Positions 29,846 through 39,327 are shown, counted from the stretch's first letter. The stretch: DNA of 64,000 nt from Acidobacteriota bacterium (GCA_963663035.1 OY760074.1:1376001-1440000), one strand, 5' to 3'. Notes: generated from the letters alone by a model not told the origin. Made by a program: numbers and translations.

Positions 29846-30949
29846 GACCTTGTTGCATGGATCATCCCGAAGGATGTCTAATCATGGTTTTTTTCAACAC
29901 TGGGGATAACTTAGATGCCACATAAGTTCAACGCATCCCGACGGCACAAGTTCGATAAGGCGCAGTATCGGGTGATCGACTGGGCGGAATATAACGAGAG
30001 CCTGCGCCAGCGGGGTGATCTGACGATCTGGGTCAGTGAGGAGGCGCAAAGTGTGTGGAGCGCGCCGCGCCGCACGTCACGGGGTGGCCAGTGGAGATAC
30101 TCGGATTTGGCGATCGAGACATGCCTGACGCTGCGCACGACGTATCGGCTTGCGTTGCGGCAAACGCAGGGACTTATGGGCTCCATCGGCACGCTCATGG
30201 GGCTGGATATACGGGTGCCGGATTACTCCACACTGTCGCGTCGCGCAAACGGCTTGAGCATCGCTCAGGCGATGAGGCAAGCCGGGTCTGTGGCTGTCCA
30301 TCTGGTGGTGGACAGTACCGGCCTCAAGATCTTCGGCGAGGGGGAATGGCTCGCCCAGAAGCATAAAATCAAGGGAATACGCAGCCGCTGGCGCAAACTC
30401 CACCTCGGACTGGACCTGGCCAGCGGTGCGATTGTTTGCGCCGATCTGACTCACGATGAGGTTGGAGACAGCACCGCCTTACCCGGGCTCCTGGATCAAC
30501 TCGATGCTCCTGTCACGGGCTTTCTGGCTGACGGCGCCTATGATGGAGCGTCTATACGGGATATGCTGAGGCCGCGGTATGGGGAGACCCTGGATGTGGT
30601 TATACCGCCGCCGAAGAACGCAGTGATCCGACCGCAATCGGCGCGGGATCCAACCGTTCGGGATCGCCATATTGCCCAGATCCGCAGCAACGGCCGCATG
30701 GCCTGGCAAGTGGCCACAGGGTACAACCAACGCAGCCGGATAGAAACGCAGATCGGTCGTTGGAAGAGCGCGATCGGCCCCAAGCTCAAATCTCGCAGCT
30801 TCTCCAGGCAAATCACGGAGATCCAGGTCGGCCAGAAAGTTCTGAACACAATGACCGCACTCGGGCGGCCTGTGTTCCAACGCATCGCCTGACGCTACCG
30901 CTTGGGAAAGGGCGAATTCCATCTCCGCCCCGATCCATGCAACAACGCT
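29846..30949 (+). mobile_element. IS5-family (IS903-like) element, copy 1
   Basis: 18-bp IRs GACCTTGTTGCATGGATC / GATCCATGCAACAACGCT; 1104 bp. Confidence 0.92.
29915..30892 (+). CDS. IS5 family transposase
   Basis: W.EYNESLRQRG, DSTGLK..GEGEW, ADGAYD, GY.QRS..ET. Confidence 0.95.
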   Translation: MPHKFNASRRHKFDKAQYRVIDWAEYNESLRQRGDLTIWVSEEAQSVWSAPRRTSRGGQWRYSDLAIETCLTLRTTYRLALRQTQGLMGSIGTLMGLDIRVPDYSTLSRRANGLSIAQAMRQAGSVAVHLVVDSTGLKIFGEGEWLAQKHKIKGIRSRWRKLHLGLDLASGAIVCADLTHDEVGDSTALPGLLDQLDAPVTGFLADGAYDGASIRDMLRPRYGETLDVVIPPPKNAVIRPQSARDPTVRDRHIAQIRSNGRMAWQVATGYNQRSRIETQIGRWKSAIGPKLKSRSFSRQITEIQVGQKVLNTMTALGRPVFQRIA

Positions 30950-31085
30950 GTAAAACTGAAAGCCCGGATAAGCGATCGTTGGCCGCCTAACACGTCAGGC
31001 ATGTAGTCCTTGGAGAGCCCGCTACCGAGAGTTTATTTGGAAGAAAATGGCCGGGGATTCAGCGAGCTGCTGTTCCAGGTTAGGT

Positions 31086-31119
31086 GATGGTACTTAAAGT
31101 CCGTGGACTTTAAGTCATC
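31086..31119 (+). promoter_or_regulatory. C-box double operator for an R-M controller protein
   Basis: TACT-TAA-AGTC-CGTG-GACT-TTA-AGTC; perfect palindrome ACTTAAAGTCC-GT-GGACTTTAAGT, 21 bp before the XRE gene. Confidence 0.8.
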
Positions 31120-31140
31120 AATGGTGATGATATTGGCTCG

Positions 31141-31359
31141 ATGGACAAACAGGCGGAACAGAGTGTCAAAGAGTTGTTTGGCGCCAGACTGCGGCACGTT
31201 CGCCAGGAAAACGGCTTGTCGCAGGAAGCGCTGGCCTTGACTTGTGGCCTGGACAGAACGTACATCGGCGGAGTCGAGCGGGGTGAAAGAAACATCAGTC
31301 TCGTCAACATTCACAAAATCGCGAGGGCTCTGGGCGTATCGGCAAAAGAGTTCTTCTAA
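31141..31359 (+). CDS. XRE-family controller (C) protein
   Basis: FG.RLR..R...GLSQE.LA...GLDRTYIGGVERGERNISLVNI.KIA.AL; C-box upstream. Confidence 0.88.
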   Translation: MDKQAEQSVKELFGARLRHVRQENGLSQEALALTCGLDRTYIGGVERGERNISLVNIHKIARALGVSAKEFF

Positions 31360-34083
31360 ATGGCTGACGTTCCCATGGAAGATTGGATCTCCGCCGCGAT
31401 TTCGGAAGAACAGAAGCGCCCTTTCGCTGGCACGAGGGATCGGTCGTCAATCTTGGCTGGCGCGGGTTCAGGAAAGACGAGAACGCTGACTCACCTGCTT
31501 GCCCACGATCTGTGCTCAGGAATTCCTGCATCGGGCATCGTGGCCTTCACATTCACGGAGAAAGCAGCTGAGGAGTTTCTTGCACGGATTCATGTCCTGC
31601 GGAACCAGAAGATGCCGACAGTTGACTTATCGGGTATCTTCATCGGAACGATACATTCGTGGTGCCTTCAGTACATCTACTCGCAGCCGGATTTCTATAA
31701 CATCATGCCTATTGACGAGTTGCATTGTGATGCGCTTGTAGGGCGCCTATACGACGTCTTCAAGCTGGAAGAGATCTACAAGAAACCGTTTCCCAAGGCC
31801 ATTGAGCCGTTTCTGGCGGATATCGAAGTCTTCTACAACGAGCATCTGCCGTTGGGAAAAATCCCTCCGGCTGTTGGGCCAGCACTGACCTCGTTCATAG
31901 GGGTTCTTTCGGCGAATCGGCTTTTGACGTTCGGAGGGATGATCCGATCTGCAACCGAACACCTGGAAGTGAACGGGCCACTCGCAGAGCTGCAATCGCT
32001 GTATGTGGACGAGTATCAGGACGTCAATCCGGCGCAAACGGCCCTGATTAAAGCGATGGTTCCGCCCAACGGGAAACTGCGGGTTGTCGGGGACGACCTT
32101 CAGAGCATCTACAACTGGCGAGGCAGCGACGTGACCAGGATTCTTGAATTCTCTAATGAGTTCGAGCCGGCCGAAGTGTTCCGTCTGTCCACGAATTACC
32201 GATCGAGGCCTGAAGTGGTCACGGTTGCCAACGGCGTTGCGGAAGACATCGTTTTGAAGGACCCCCAGAAAGTGATGCAGCCCGGCCGAGAGAAGTGTGG
32301 CCGAAAGGTTATTCACTGGCTTTCGACGAACAACGAGACGGATCAGGCGGAGACGATTGTTGAGATAGTTAAGCGGTTCCACAGCGCCGGTGTGCCGCAT
32401 TCAAAGATCGCGATCTTGCTTCGTTCGGTTACCGGGGCAGGGAGGCCGATATACGAAGCCCTTAAGGCGGAGAGCATTCCCGTGGAATGTCCGATGCTCA
32501 GTCGCGGCGGGGCTTTCATCAATACGTTTCTGCTCCCGGTTCTGAAGTGGCTGCGCACGGAACAGCTGGAGTCGAGAAACAGGCAGGAAGAGGAAGAGCA
32601 AGAGGCAGACGCGCATTCGCTGTGGTTGTCGGTGGCTCCTTGGTTGTCGGTGGAAAACGCCGAGGACGTTTTTTGGAGTGGTCTGAATCACTGGTACGAC
32701 CTCGTGCGGGGAGGCAAGAGCAGTGCATACAACGTAAGAAGCTGCCTTTACGATTTCCTGGACGAGTGTGGGGTCCGAGTAGCGCCCTCAGACACAGACC
32801 TGATGGTCGGAATCGGCATAGCATCCCAGATCATTCGGAGGGTGGAAGAGATTCACCGAAGACGAATCAAAGGCCAAAACAGGCGTTCGGCTGCCGGGGT
32901 TATCAGTGAGGTGTACTACGCGCTTATCCGCAATCAGGGAAACTTCGGTGAGAGCTTGCCGGTCAATCTAAAGGCCGAAGGGGTCGTTCTGACGACAGTG
33001 CATCAAGCCAAAGGCCTGGAGTGGCCGGTTGTATGCCTGCCGATGCTGAATAGAAGGCGCTTTCCGTTAGTAAACCGGCCAGCCAAAAGCAGCTTTCCAC
33101 CACTCATCTCCGACAGGTATGGGACCAAGTTGGACGATGAACGGCGCCTGTTCTACGTAGCGGTCACGAGAGCTCGTGAACGGCTTTTCATGCTGGATAC
33201 GGCGGCGGCGGACCCACGGGTAAGGTCGGCCTTCCTGACAGACCTAAAGCAGAGGGGAGTGCTCCCTCAAGAGGGTTTATCAGAACCGTCGGATTTAACT
33301 TGGTCGATTGCGGCGAAAGACTTGCGAAGCGACAGCCAGCCGCCAATCAGGGTGAGCCTTTCTGACCTCTTGCTGTACCTCGAATGCCCATATCAATTTG
33401 GCCTTCGCAGAGTCACCGGCCTCCAACCAGCAGTGGGCGATGAATTGGGTTTCGGGAAAGGACTCCATGAGCTGTTACAGCGGCGGGCGGAAAGCGATCA
33501 CGCATGGAACCAAGAGGAAGTGACGACCCAAGTAGAGAGCCACGTCCATCTGCCGCTGAGTTCGGATAAAGAAGAACAGCGCGCGAAACGTGCGATCGCT
33601 CAGAGGATTACCGAGCTTGACAAGCTCGGTGCATTCACGAGCGAACTCCGGCAGGAGCTGCCAGTGGAAGTATTCCTGAGTAGTGGCGTTGTGACTGGCG
33701 TCATCGACTTCGTCTATACGCAGCCGGATGGCTCCCTGGCCGTTCGCGATTGGAAAGCCAACGTCCATGACGAGTTCATCGCGCGATACGCCCGCCAACT
33801 GCAGGTCTATGTACACGCCTTGCGAATGCAGGGGCAGACTGTCAGCAGGGCAGAACTCGTTGACGTTGGCGCATCGATGAAAGCAAAGAAGCTCGTCACG
33901 ACCGCTGTTGATATTAGCGAAGCCACGATTTCCCGGTTGATGGAGGACTGCCAGCAAGCGTTGCAAGCAATACGGGAAGGCACGTTTAAGCCAAAACCTA
34001 GTGTCAGCGTATGTGGGAGTTGCGACGTGCGGCGGATATGCGCTGTGCGCGAGGGAGAAGAACGTGCGGAAACTGAAAACTAG
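31360..34083 (+). CDS. UvrD/REP-type SF1 helicase fused to a C-terminal PD-(D/E)XK nuclease with four-Cys (Fe-S staple-like) motif
   Basis: AGAGSGKT, FTEKAA, TIHS, DEYQD, GDDLQSIYNWRG, NYRS, TVHQAKGLEW, ERRLFYVAVTRA; CPY...GVID...DWK...QLQVY...CGSC....C. Confidence 0.93.
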   Translation: MADVPMEDWISAAISEEQKRPFAGTRDRSSILAGAGSGKTRTLTHLLAHDLCSGIPASGIVAFTFTEKAAEEFLARIHVLRNQKMPTVDLSGIFIGTIHSWCLQYIYSQPDFYNIMPIDELHCDALVGRLYDVFKLEEIYKKPFPKAIEPFLADIEVFYNEHLPLGKIPPAVGPALTSFIGVLSANRLLTFGGMIRSATEHLEVNGPLAELQSLYVDEYQDVNPAQTALIKAMVPPNGKLRVVGDDLQSIYNWRGSDVTRILEFSNEFEPAEVFRLSTNYRSRPEVVTVANGVAEDIVLKDPQKVMQPGREKCGRKVIHWLSTNNETDQAETIVEIVKRFHSAGVPHSKIAILLRSVTGAGRPIYEALKAESIPVECPMLSRGGAFINTFLLPVLKWLRTEQLESRNRQEEEEQEADAHSLWLSVAPWLSVENAEDVFWSGLNHWYDLVRGGKSSAYNVRSCLYDFLDECGVRVAPSDTDLMVGIGIASQIIRRVEEIHRRRIKGQNRRSAAGVISEVYYALIRNQGNFGESLPVNLKAEGVVLTTVHQAKGLEWPVVCLPMLNRRRFPLVNRPAKSSFPPLISDRYGTKLDDERRLFYVAVTRARERLFMLDTAAADPRVRSAFLTDLKQRGVLPQEGLSEPSDLTWSIAAKDLRSDSQPPIRVSLSDLLLYLECPYQFGLRRVTGLQPAVGDELGFGKGLHELLQRRAESDHAWNQEEVTTQVESHVHLPLSSDKEEQRAKRAIAQRITELDKLGAFTSELRQELPVEVFLSSGVVTGVIDFVYTQPDGSLAVRDWKANVHDEFIARYARQLQVYVHALRMQGQTVSRAELVDVGASMKAKKLVTTAVDISEATISRLMEDCQQALQAIREGTFKPKPSVSVCGSCDVRRICAVREGEERAETEN

Positions 34084-35359
34084 AGAGGATATCTGGGTTT
34101 TGACCCCGAGCGCTGATGACCTGAAGGCGGGAGCGTACTATGCCGCCGTCAGCCTTCCTTGGACATTCAACCGCATGATGCTCAACACGACTTCGGCCGG
34201 CCAACGGCATCGAGCCCTGAACATTGCGAAGGGCATCGTTGGGCAAGAAATACTCAAGCGCGAGATGGAACGGGTTGGAATAAAGGCTCAGATGCAGCGA
34301 AAAAGCTATCGCGATGAAGACCTGTTCGATTTTAACGTCGAAATCGGTGGCACTCTAACAAAGCTCGATTTGAAGAGCGTCAATTACTTTACGGACTACG
34401 CACCTATCGGACGCGAACCGTTTTCGGCAGATTTGCTCATGAAGTACACGGGATATGCTGACGCTGACTGGAGAACCTTCTTCCCGATGCTCGTGCCACA
34501 TACGCAAATCGAGCAGAGCAAGGAAGGTTACTGCTTCGCAATCGCGAGCAGTATCGACCTGAGAAAAGACATAGCGACCAAACGGACGGGCTACGCGCTG
34601 ACAGCGTTCCCTTATGGGGAACATCTAGGGTTTCTGAGTTCCAAGAAGCTCTGTCTGCTGCGGGAAGAAGCCAACAAGGGCTTCTACGTCGAATTCCTGT
34701 ACAAAGCGGACTCTCTTTTCGGCTCCGAAGTGACCCTGTCGGCGATAGGGGAGTGGGACGGTGAGCCTAGTATGATTGAGGTGAAGCTGCGTTCCGGCGT
34801 GGCAAAGCAAGTTGGGCCGTTCTCGTGCATCTCATCTTTCCAGGTGGACAAGGACAGCTATGACCAGCTTTCCGGATCGGTCGAAATATCGGTGAAGAAG
34901 AACGGCTTCAAGACGCCGGTTCTTAACACGCAAAAACGGAACACCAATAGGGTTCCCAAGGGATCTTTCAAGCTGGCGAGGCCCGACTTCTGCAATTTGT
35001 TCTTGCCGACGGACTACACGTTGTACGTGATCGGGTGGACGTACAAGGACGAGTTTCTTCAGGCATGCCGGCAGTACACGGGCTGGGTGTGGCCTAAGGA
35101 CAGCATCGACAAGTTCAAGAACCAAGCCTGGACCCAAATCACTGAGAAGGACCGGAAAAATCTAGGAAAAAAAGGGTTCGGGAGTTCTATACCAGACCCG
35201 CCGCGTATACTAAGAGCAGGGTGGCTCAAGACGACAGGCCATGGCGGAGGCGCCTGCTGCTACGTGTTTCCGAACATCGGAGCAAACGGAGGAGTGAAGG
35301 AGACAAATCTTTATATCCTGCCTCGGGATTTGTACACTATGGGCACCCTGGAACAGTAG
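34064..35359 (+). CDS. Unknown protein, putative PD-(D/E)XK restriction-endonuclease-like
   Basis: GTG start with GAGGGAG RBS overlapping the helicase end; KGIVGQE...DLFD...LDLKS pattern. Confidence 0.7.
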   Translation: MRKLKTREDIWVLTPSADDLKAGAYYAAVSLPWTFNRMMLNTTSAGQRHRALNIAKGIVGQEILKREMERVGIKAQMQRKSYRDEDLFDFNVEIGGTLTKLDLKSVNYFTDYAPIGREPFSADLLMKYTGYADADWRTFFPMLVPHTQIEQSKEGYCFAIASSIDLRKDIATKRTGYALTAFPYGEHLGFLSSKKLCLLREEANKGFYVEFLYKADSLFGSEVTLSAIGEWDGEPSMIEVKLRSGVAKQVGPFSCISSFQVDKDSYDQLSGSVEISVKKNGFKTPVLNTQKRNTNRVPKGSFKLARPDFCNLFLPTDYTLYVIGWTYKDEFLQACRQYTGWVWPKDSIDKFKNQAWTQITEKDRKNLGKKGFGSSIPDPPRILRAGWLKTTGHGGGACCYVFPNIGANGGVKETNLYILPRDLYTMGTLEQ

Positions 35360-35372
35360 GGAACGGTTTTAG

Positions 35373-36905
35373 ATGAGCGGAAATATGGCAATTGGTAAAC
35401 AAGACAGGTTGACCTTCGACCCTTCCTCTGCCGCAAAGAGGCAGAAGGGCAATCGCGGCGGGCCACCGAATCGAATGAACGATTTGGTATACCGCGACTG
35501 GATGAAGTTCCAGAAGAGTTTCTTCCGGTTCGCATCAGATCAGGCGCTCATCGAAGAATGCGTGTACTTCTTCACGAAGGCGATCTGGGACGACGGAACC
35601 GCATCGCGGACCTTGATCGTGGGAGCAGAGGAGTTCTCCCAAGCGGCAATCCCCTCCCCTCGAGTCGTCACGCACGTCTGCGGGCACAAGTCGTTCGAGA
35701 CGGTTAACAACACCCTTTGCGGCCAGACCAGGAAGACCAGAGAGCACGACTTCGTGCTTGTGGACCTGCGCGCTCTCATCACAGAACAAGCCGAGCTGGA
35801 TGATTTCATCAACCGATACGCCGAGGGATTTTTCGAGGGTATCCGGGCGGCACTTAGAGATGATCGCTACTGCTGCGTGATGGTGGGACTTCCACAGACC
35901 GGTGGTGGTGGATTTCCGTTTCCGTGGGCAGTGGCCCTCGCGGCGCGCGCTCATCTGAGGCTGCGGGATGAGAAAATAGGCCTGATCGAGGACGAAGGGC
36001 GTGCATTCTACTGCCTGTTCATGCAAGCGAACGAGGATGGCCGGCCGCGAGAGAGTATGACCAAGAAAAGCTTCCATCTCTCGGATGCGGAGTTCTGCCG
36101 GGATGTACCTGCATGGATCATTCCAAGGCCTCCCCCTAGGAGGAAGAATGAAATTCTTCATCCTGCTAAGTTCCCGGAGACGTTAATCGAACAGCTTATT
36201 AAGATTCACTCTTCGGAGATGGATAACGTCTTCGACCCGATGGTGGGAACGGGTAGCACAGTGATTGCTGCGTTGCGGACGAAGAGAAACGGGTTCGGGA
36301 TCGATCTCTCAAAGGAATTCATCCAGACCGCGCAGGATCGAATAGCGCAAGAACAGGCACCATCGTTATTCCCCGGTGTTGAGCTAGAGGGGCGGGTTTT
36401 TGTTGGTGATGCCACTAGGCTCGATGAGATACACGAACTTGATGGGATTGAATTCCAGTACGCGGTGACGAGCCCGCCGTACTGGTCAATGCTGAAGAAT
36501 CCCGGCAGCGAGAATCAGAAGGCCAGGCGCAGCCGCAATCTTCCCCTGGTGTATTCCGATGATGTACAGGACTTGGGAAACATTGCCGACTACGACGAAT
36601 TTCTGAATGTCCTAGAGAGCATATACAACGATGTTGCCGTGCGACTAGCGGACGATGGAATGCTCACAGTTGTGGTGAAGAACGTAAAGCGGCATCATAC
36701 CCTCCATCCGCTGGCCTGGAATCTGACCAGCAGACTCTGCGGTCCGAAAGGTTCCTTCAATTACGTAGGTACAACGCTGTGGTGCCAAGACGATGTTGGA
36801 ATCAAACCTTTTGCAGTCGGAATCCTCTGGGTGAGCAACATCCTGCATACGTACTGCCTGCATTTTCAAAAACGGAAAGTCCCCGAAGAACCGCGCAAGA
36901 ACTGA
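35373..36905 (+). CDS. DNA amino-methyltransferase (N4-C/N6-A) with degenerate N-terminal MTase-like half
   Basis: HPAKFPE, FDPMVGTGS (motif I), TSPPYW (motif IV). Confidence 0.9.
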   Translation: MSGNMAIGKQDRLTFDPSSAAKRQKGNRGGPPNRMNDLVYRDWMKFQKSFFRFASDQALIEECVYFFTKAIWDDGTASRTLIVGAEEFSQAAIPSPRVVTHVCGHKSFETVNNTLCGQTRKTREHDFVLVDLRALITEQAELDDFINRYAEGFFEGIRAALRDDRYCCVMVGLPQTGGGGFPFPWAVALAARAHLRLRDEKIGLIEDEGRAFYCLFMQANEDGRPRESMTKKSFHLSDAEFCRDVPAWIIPRPPPRRKNEILHPAKFPETLIEQLIKIHSSEMDNVFDPMVGTGSTVIAALRTKRNGFGIDLSKEFIQTAQDRIAQEQAPSLFPGVELEGRVFVGDATRLDEIHELDGIEFQYAVTSPPYWSMLKNPGSENQKARRSRNLPLVYSDDVQDLGNIADYDEFLNVLESIYNDVAVRLADDGMLTVVVKNVKRHHTLHPLAWNLTSRLCGPKGSFNYVGTTLWCQDDVGIKPFAVGILWVSNILHTYCLHFQKRKVPEEPRKN

Positions 36906-37036
36906 GCAGGTCAGAACATGGGAGTTCGCTTCCTCGCAGTCGTTCCAAAGCGTCTGTAAGGGCTCGGAGACAAACGAAGGGTTGGAGTCTGATAAGGCGC
37001 TGCAAGAGAGCTGTGGCTGACAGTTGGTGACTGGCG

Positions 37037-38773
37037 TCACGTCAGCAGCGTCGTGATCTCGGATTTGAGACTTTCCCTCCTCGCCGAGTGAAAGGATTTG
37101 AACTCTAAAAGGTCGTCGGGCACATTGCCGAGCAGGTGCAGATTCAGGTACTCGGTCCGTTTCTCATCGGACTCGAAAGTGGAGAGCCATTCGGTCGGCA
37201 GTTTCGAGCGCTTCTCCTGGTTTTCGACACCCGCCAGGAGCTGGAGGTTCGGCAGGCTGTTCATCATCTCACGTAGGTCCGCTACCTCCTCTTCCGAGAA
37301 ACCTTTCGACTTCAACAGCGCCGCCGCGAATTGAGATTTGGGGAAGAAGTGGTCCACGTGAAAGTGATGCCTAAGATCGAGGTGTCTGAATATCAGCGAC
37401 AGTAGACAGAACGTACGTTTGTCCCCGTAGCGCATGTCGGTCAATTCGTCGATTTCCTCGCTGTTGAACACGAGGGACTTGCCGCGCGTGCTCATTGCTT
37501 TGCGCAATTCTTCAACCGGAAATCCGTTACCTTGATTGTCCTTTATTACTTGCCGGAGTAACGTTAGGAATGAGTCTAGCCCGCTTCCCCAGATACCTGA
37601 CTTCAGTAGACCAGAAACCAGCCACTTCCGAATTATCTCTCTGTCGGCGTTGGACTGCGCCTGGGTTAAATATCCGTCTTCCGCCCCAGTTCCATAAAAG
37701 TAGTAGGCTATTGGCAAGAGGGCGCTGTCTGTCCTGAGGGTTTCCGACTTGAAGCCGAAGTTCGAAGCCAGATGGACTGTAAGCGTCAGCGACCGTTTGA
37801 TTTTTTCCCACTTGCTCTCCAGTATCTCCATATTCTTTCGGTTGAAATTCTCCACTTTGAAACCAACGCTGCCAATGTCGCTGAGCATCAGACCGGCCTT
37901 GAGTACCCAATCCTTGGAAAATTCGAACCCGTTGCCGATCTTGTTGATATCGTCGACTAGCTGGTGAATCACCTCGCGGGCGTCGTACTTCGACCACTGG
38001 GCCACGGCGACGGATAGCAGCAGATCGGAGTAGGACAGAACGGTTCCTCCGCTGTTTGTCCGAATGAATATCTGAAGGACCTCCTCCAGTTCTTGGCTAG
38101 CCTCTTCGTAGAAGCACACCAGTAATCTCTCTCGAATGACAGTGTACAATTGGTGAAGCACCTTGTGGGCCTCCGCAACGGGGCGGTTGGGTAGTCGGTT
38201 CTCAAGCCACTCAGTCATGGCTGGTCCGCTGTCGGCCAGTTTCAAGATGTCCTTGACCTCAAACCAGCACGACGCACTGTTATCGACTTCCTCTCGAGTA
38301 CGAAAATCAAACCGATATTGAACGCCGACGTCGTCATCGTCATCGGGGGTCCAAAGCAGGTCGATGTAGAGGTGCTTTTGTGGGTATGCGTCGGGGTTGG
38401 TGCGCCGCTTCCAAGGGAGTTTCTTCGCCATCGAGCCGCGAGGACCGATGTTGAACGCGGTTAGGCGCTGCTGACCGTCGAGGACGGCGATCACATCCCG
38501 ATTCGGCATCTCGCCCAAGCGGTGGCAATGTGGATCATCTCTTTCGTGATACTCGCGGACAAAGTCGTAGAACTGGTAGCGGGTGTTGTGCTCCTGGCTA
38601 ACCTTCCAGTAAAGGAAGGTGCCGAAGGGGTAGCCTCGCATGAGGCTGTCAAACAGAGTGCAGATTTGCGCTGGCTCCCATACAAACTCGCGCTGGATGG
38701 CCGGCAGCACGAGTTGATGGCATTCGATTTGGTGGAGTGTCTGCTCGATCGTTACAGCCGTCTGGTACATCAC
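37037..38773 (-). CDS. GmrSD-like DUF262 + DUF1524/HNH protein (type IV restriction-like)
   Basis: LPAIQREFVW, LFDSLMRGYPFG, LDGQQRLT, F.R.NSGG..L, HVDHFFPKS, NLQLL...N. Confidence 0.88.
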   Translation of the reverse strand: MMYQTAVTIEQTLHQIECHQLVLPAIQREFVWEPAQICTLFDSLMRGYPFGTFLYWKVSQEHNTRYQFYDFVREYHERDDPHCHRLGEMPNRDVIAVLDGQQRLTAFNIGPRGSMAKKLPWKRRTNPDAYPQKHLYIDLLWTPDDDDDVGVQYRFDFRTREEVDNSASCWFEVKDILKLADSGPAMTEWLENRLPNRPVAEAHKVLHQLYTVIRERLLVCFYEEASQELEEVLQIFIRTNSGGTVLSYSDLLLSVAVAQWSKYDAREVIHQLVDDINKIGNGFEFSKDWVLKAGLMLSDIGSVGFKVENFNRKNMEILESKWEKIKRSLTLTVHLASNFGFKSETLRTDSALLPIAYYFYGTGAEDGYLTQAQSNADREIIRKWLVSGLLKSGIWGSGLDSFLTLLRQVIKDNQGNGFPVEELRKAMSTRGKSLVFNSEEIDELTDMRYGDKRTFCLLSLIFRHLDLRHHFHVDHFFPKSQFAAALLKSKGFSEEEVADLREMMNSLPNLQLLAGVENQEKRSKLPTEWLSTFESDEKRTEYLNLHLLGNVPDDLLEFKSFHSARRESLKSEITTLLT

Positions 38774-38848
38774 AAATCTTTCTACGGGCCGAGTCTCGGA
38801 AAGGTACTTTGTCTGGGTGAGTTCGTCAAGCCGTGTCGAGATCGGGTC

Positions 38849-38950
38849 GGTTGCCGAGAGACCAAGCCATCATATCGAGTATTCAGGCGTGGTCTTACTA
38901 CCGATATCTTTGGGCTGTATCAGCTCGTGATGCGTTAACTTGACAACGCC
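38849..38950. repeat. IS6-like MITE/remnant, copy 3
   Basis: Diverged direct repeat of 27040-27141 ending GTTAACTTGACAACGCC. Confidence 0.6.
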
Positions 38951-38961
38951 TTCCCGAAGGG

Positions 38962-39327
38962 TCATGTGACGATGTCTTCGTAGGTCTTTTTTTGTTCTGT
39001 AGTTCCCTCTTTCTCGATCAAAGCCAGTACCGCACGTTCAAAGGTCGTATGGTCATACACGTCAAGGTGCGCGCCCATTTCTTGGAAAAGCTCGCGCATT
39101 GCAGGCCTGACCTTTAAGCCGAGTTGCATTGTATACGGCGATTTCTTACGGCGGCGGAGTGTTTTCCGGACGTTTTCCCTGCTCGGAAATCCAGACTGTT
39201 CCGCAACTCTTTGGAGGGTTTCAGGGTCTACGACATTTTTCCCCTTCCGGCTCTTCCCTGCTAATTCTTCAATATCCACGGTTTCACTATCACTAGTAAA
39301 GTCTAATGCGGCCCGTTGCTTGCCCAT
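38962..39327 (-). CDS. Plasmid stability/partition determinant (ParA partner)
   Basis: Directly downstream of a parA fragment; VAEQSGFPSRE...RRR...QL.LKV. Confidence 0.65.
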   Translation of the reverse strand: MGKQRAALDFTSDSETVDIEELAGKSRKGKNVVDPETLQRVAEQSGFPSRENVRKTLRRRKKSPYTMQLGLKVRPAMRELFQEMGAHLDVYDHTTFERAVLALIEKEGTTEQKKTYEDIVT

